DNA of 64,000 nucleotides from Lytechinus pictus. Taxonomy: Eukaryota. Both the position numbers and the translations under genes were made by a program. The stretch lies in NCBI RefSeq assembly GCF_037042905.1, contig NC_087245.1:25856001-25920000 (forward strand). The letters are read 5' to 3'. The notes beneath the pieces were generated by a model, which made no database searches, was not told the origin of the DNA, and saw only the letters and a program-made list of their open reading frames with translations. Position 1 is the first letter of the stretch. Each line of letters begins with the position of its first letter. Shown piece by piece: positions 60,359 to 64,000 of this stretch.

Positions 60359-61188
60359 AGGGATGGTCCAAACTGAAAATATTTATATCTGAATAAATAG
60401 AGTAAAGTTCACAGAGCAAAATGCTGAAAATTTCATCAAAATCGGATAACAAATAACGAAGTTATTGAAATTTAAAGTTTATCAATAATTTTTTAAGACA
60501 GCTATATGCACATGGTCATAAATATTCATTTGGTGGGCTGATGATGTCACATCCTCACTTTCCTTTTTCTTATGTTATTATATGAAATCTACTCGCCGAC
60601 TCAAGCCAGCAACTCCTCATCCAGCCTACTACTCAAGCTGTTTCTTCAATCTCATTAATCTCTTCTGGTTTACAGTCCTTTTCAGGACTATTTTCAAGAA
60701 AAGAATACTCTACTCTCAAATTTCCACTTTCTCGCCTATCCAATTCCTTTTCTTCTTCTTTCCACTGTTTCTATAACACTCCACTTGGTGTACCGTAAAC
60801 CACATCAGCGAAATCATAAATGTTTCATTTTTTTCATACATGTGTAAATGATGTGTCTCCATTATGATAAAATAGGTTGCAGCAACAAATAACTAATGCA
60901 CTTAATCAGTTGTCAATCCAATTGTTTTAGTTCTTGGTAGAGAATGTTTGAATAAACTCAATTTCATGTAATAAAAATACAAAAGAACAAGTGGGGATAT
61001 GACATCATCAGCCTACCTAATGAATCTTCGTAAAACATGACTAGAACTGTTTCACGGGAATAATGCAAATCTTTAAAATTCAATAACTATGTTATTTGTT
61101 ATCCGATTTTGATCAAATTTATCACATTTTCTTTGTCAATTTTGCTCTATTTATTGAGATATCAATATCTCCAGCCTGGACCATCCCT
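60359..61188. mobile_element. Kolobok-type MITE, family K3, with a nested 220-bp insert
   Basis: TIRs agggatggtcca / tggaccatccct; TTAA on both sides; copies A and B show the empty site ggacTTAActagcttt. Confidence 0.9.
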
Positions 61189-61192
61189 TTAA

Positions 61193-61805
61193 CTAGCTTT
61201 CCTATTGACAGTTTTCTGAAATGTTAGCGTGTTCTCTCTTACCCAGACTAACAGGGATAACGAGGGTACACACGCTGTCTAAAGGTGGCGCTCTTCCTTG
61301 TTAAGTTTGGTACAGACTTTTTTTTTTCTTTTTTTTTACATCGAAGTAGCATTTAAGCCAGGAAGCCCCATCACCTCAGGCCCCAGTGGTGAAGCCCCAT
61401 CACCACTAACTTTCCTATTGACATTTTTCTGAAGGGTAAGCGTGTTCTCTCTTACCCAGACATAACTCTGAACGTGGTTATATCATTAATGAGTATAGAA
61501 TCCGTCACTTAACAAAAAAAATTGAACTTCGTTTATTTTTTTCCATAATTGAAAAAACTTTTTTGTGCCCAGTCAGAGGAGGAGAACAAGTGAAAGAAGA
61601 TCACGTGATAAGAAGAAGTTTTTTGGTTTTTTTCTCGCCACTGAAAACCGTCACGTTCAATGTTCAAGGAAAGCGAGGATTAACACGCTGTCTAAAGATG
61701 GCGCCCTTCCTTGTTAATTTTGGTACAGACCACCACTTTTCTTTTCTTTTCTTTTTTTTACATCGAAGTAGCATTTTAACCAGGAAGCCCCATCACCTCA
61801 GGGAT
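61193..61805 (+). repeat. Partial tandem duplication of the candidate promoter/5' exon region in copy C
   Basis: ctttcctattgaca...gcgtgttctctcttacccagac and acacgctgtctaaag...aggaagccccatcacctcagg each occur twice; the first copy is internally deleted. Confidence 0.8.
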
Positions 61806-64000
61806 ACGATTTACCACCGTGAAAAGGATAAGATTTAAGATTTATTGATTTATTTCATTTCTTTTCTTTCCATTTTTCACATATAAATCAAAAATACATA
61901 AATACAAATACATAAATACAATTACAAACAAAAATGAACAAAAGTAAGGACCTTACATTTGCAAAAATTGGGTAATGTAAATTATACTAACAAAATACGA
62001 TACTTATATCATCATTTTATCAAACTAAACATTCTTAAAAGTATGAGTATTCGTGTGTATGTTAAAAAAAAGGGGTGACACCCCTGACACCCTCTCTCTA
62101 AAGATAAATCAGCTATTGAACAATCTATAACAACGATACACTTCCGGAATGTATATTAATGGATGGGTTCAAAATCTATTAGCATTAAGGATTTTTTTAA
62201 ATCAATTTTAATGAAAAAATATTTATGTTGGGTTTGATTGGTCGATCATGAGCTGAATACAATCGTGAATGATATTTCGTTGTTTGACAATGCATATGAA
62301 ACCCTTCATTTGGGATCCTTTGAAGTGATTCGTTGAATATTGTTCGAGTTAAAAGCAATGTCGTCGTGATGGGAGCACTTATGCATGGCGAACGACAAGA
62401 CTCGATTATTGGTAACATTTTAGATAGATAATAATAACTTCAATTTCGTATAAAAATGGTTGTAAAATCGTTAATTGCGTACGAGGAAGAGATACAGTGA
62501 ACCTCCCATATCATAGATGATAATTATGTTTTATAATTTTTACAAATATAATTCATGCATTTTGCAGGTAGACTATTTTGTTTTATTAAATCACAGATTC
62601 AATTCTCGTGTACTTCAGCTTTTTTTTTCATTACGCAACCTCTCTCCCTCTCATTCTCTCAATCGTCTTCCTATCATATTTCTATGACACTCCCTTGCCA
62701 TCTTCTCCCTCCCCCCCCCCCTCCCTCCTCCCCCCCCCCCCCTCTCTCTCTCTCTCTTTCTCTCTCTTGCGCTAATTCAGACATACAGTATGGAACTGCT
62801 TTTGAAGACAATCATGATAATCAAATTGCTCAACGCTGAATATTGCTGTGAAGTCTATGACGCCCTCTTTCGTGATGCTTTAGAAGTAACTTCTGCAGAT
62901 CCATACATGGTTTGAGGCAGCTGCCCCTACCCCCATTTTTAAACAAGGGGATGTTCTGTTGAATCGTATTGTATTGTTTATCATCGTCATTTTCGCTAAA
63001 ATCCCTTAATGATATAACCGATTGATTCTTCTGCACTCCAAAATGTTTACTAAATTTAAATTCATCCGTTTATGATATGCTCGCTCGCACATTTCCCCCA
63101 TAAAATACACCTTATCAACTCATCCCCCGGTAGATATTTGCCTCATTATACGCCACTAAATATAACAATCTTTTCTCATATCTCACTATGATCCATTGTT
63201 CTCAAAAATAATATTTTAGCTATAAAATCTAGTACAAATAAAAACTATATGAGGGGGTCAATTTATGATAAATACAGAATTCTGACATATTTCGTCAGTT
63301 ACTTATTCAAATGATATCTTCTTCATAATGATAAAAAAGGTCGTACACAGGAATTTTTTTCCATGGGGCAAGAATTTGGTTGTTTGTTTTGTGTGTGTTG
63401 TGTGTGTGTGTGCGATGAGTGACGGGAGAGACAGGGAAAGAAGGAAATAAGATGTTAGAATAAAAGTATTTTTGTAAGTGTAAAACTAATACTGATCCTA
63501 GGGATCCTGTACTTCCCCTTTGAAACAAAGAGGAGTGAGTGAAGATATAAGGAAAGTAAAATCTGAGAAATGATGGAATTTGGGCAGTTCCGTCTACTGT
63601 AAATTAAAATTTTTTGATTTTATTTACTTATAATCGTCAGAGGTAAGGTTTTTATCCAAATTAAATAAGTAACAAAACTAACAAACATACAATTTGAATA
63701 TAGAATGTAGTGCTGGTTGAAAAATCATATTCGGTAAATTATATTAAATTATTTTCGATATCGATATACAGACTATGGATAAGGCATAACGTTAACATAA
63801 TTTCTTTCTATTCACAAACAAATGTCATGAAAAAAAGGATAAACTTTCTGCGTTGTATTTCCTTGGTGGATGTAGATTCCATTTTATTCTGCAACCCATC
63901 CCTTTTTCACCTTCCCGCCTCCTACCTCCGCCCCCTCCCTCATCTCCCTCTCTCTCCCCCTAAAAAAAATTATTTTCTCTCTTTGTATATATAAATATAT

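Larger units (their letters stand above)
58347..63310 (+). repeat. Segmental duplication copy C (CUB1, signal exon and upstream region)
   Basis: Aligns to ~32745-36515 and ~48517-52300 with more substitutions and indels than A vs B. Confidence 0.95.

Overview
Eukaryotic, AT-rich, intron- and transposon-rich DNA. The repeat families and Cys-poor CUB domains suggest an echinoderm, probably a sea urchin (inference). The first ~23 kb is a nested field of non-autonomous DNA transposons: TTAA/Kolobok-type, 8-bp-TSD hAT-type, Helentron/HINE-type and Harbinger-like. It also holds a TA-microsatellite-embedded cassette carrying a fully paired tRNA cloverleaf with a UCA (UGA-reading) anticodon. From ~23.9 to ~63 kb lies a minus-strand tandem cluster of three single-pass receptor genes, spliced here by hand (signal peptide - CUB - CUB - S/T/P stalk - TM - Tyr-rich tail). 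Gene 1 (588 aa) and gene 2 (509 aa) have almost identical signal/CUB/CUB exons joined to unrelated stalk, TM and cytoplasmic exons; their homology stops 5 nt past the CUB2 splice donor. Gene 3 shares gene 2's tail but has a frameshifted CUB1 and no CUB2. Their introns contain a Penelope-like element with a twin-priming-type inversion, a Gypsy LTR/gag remnant and several EnSpm/CACTA-type elements. All calls are by eye; no database searches were run.
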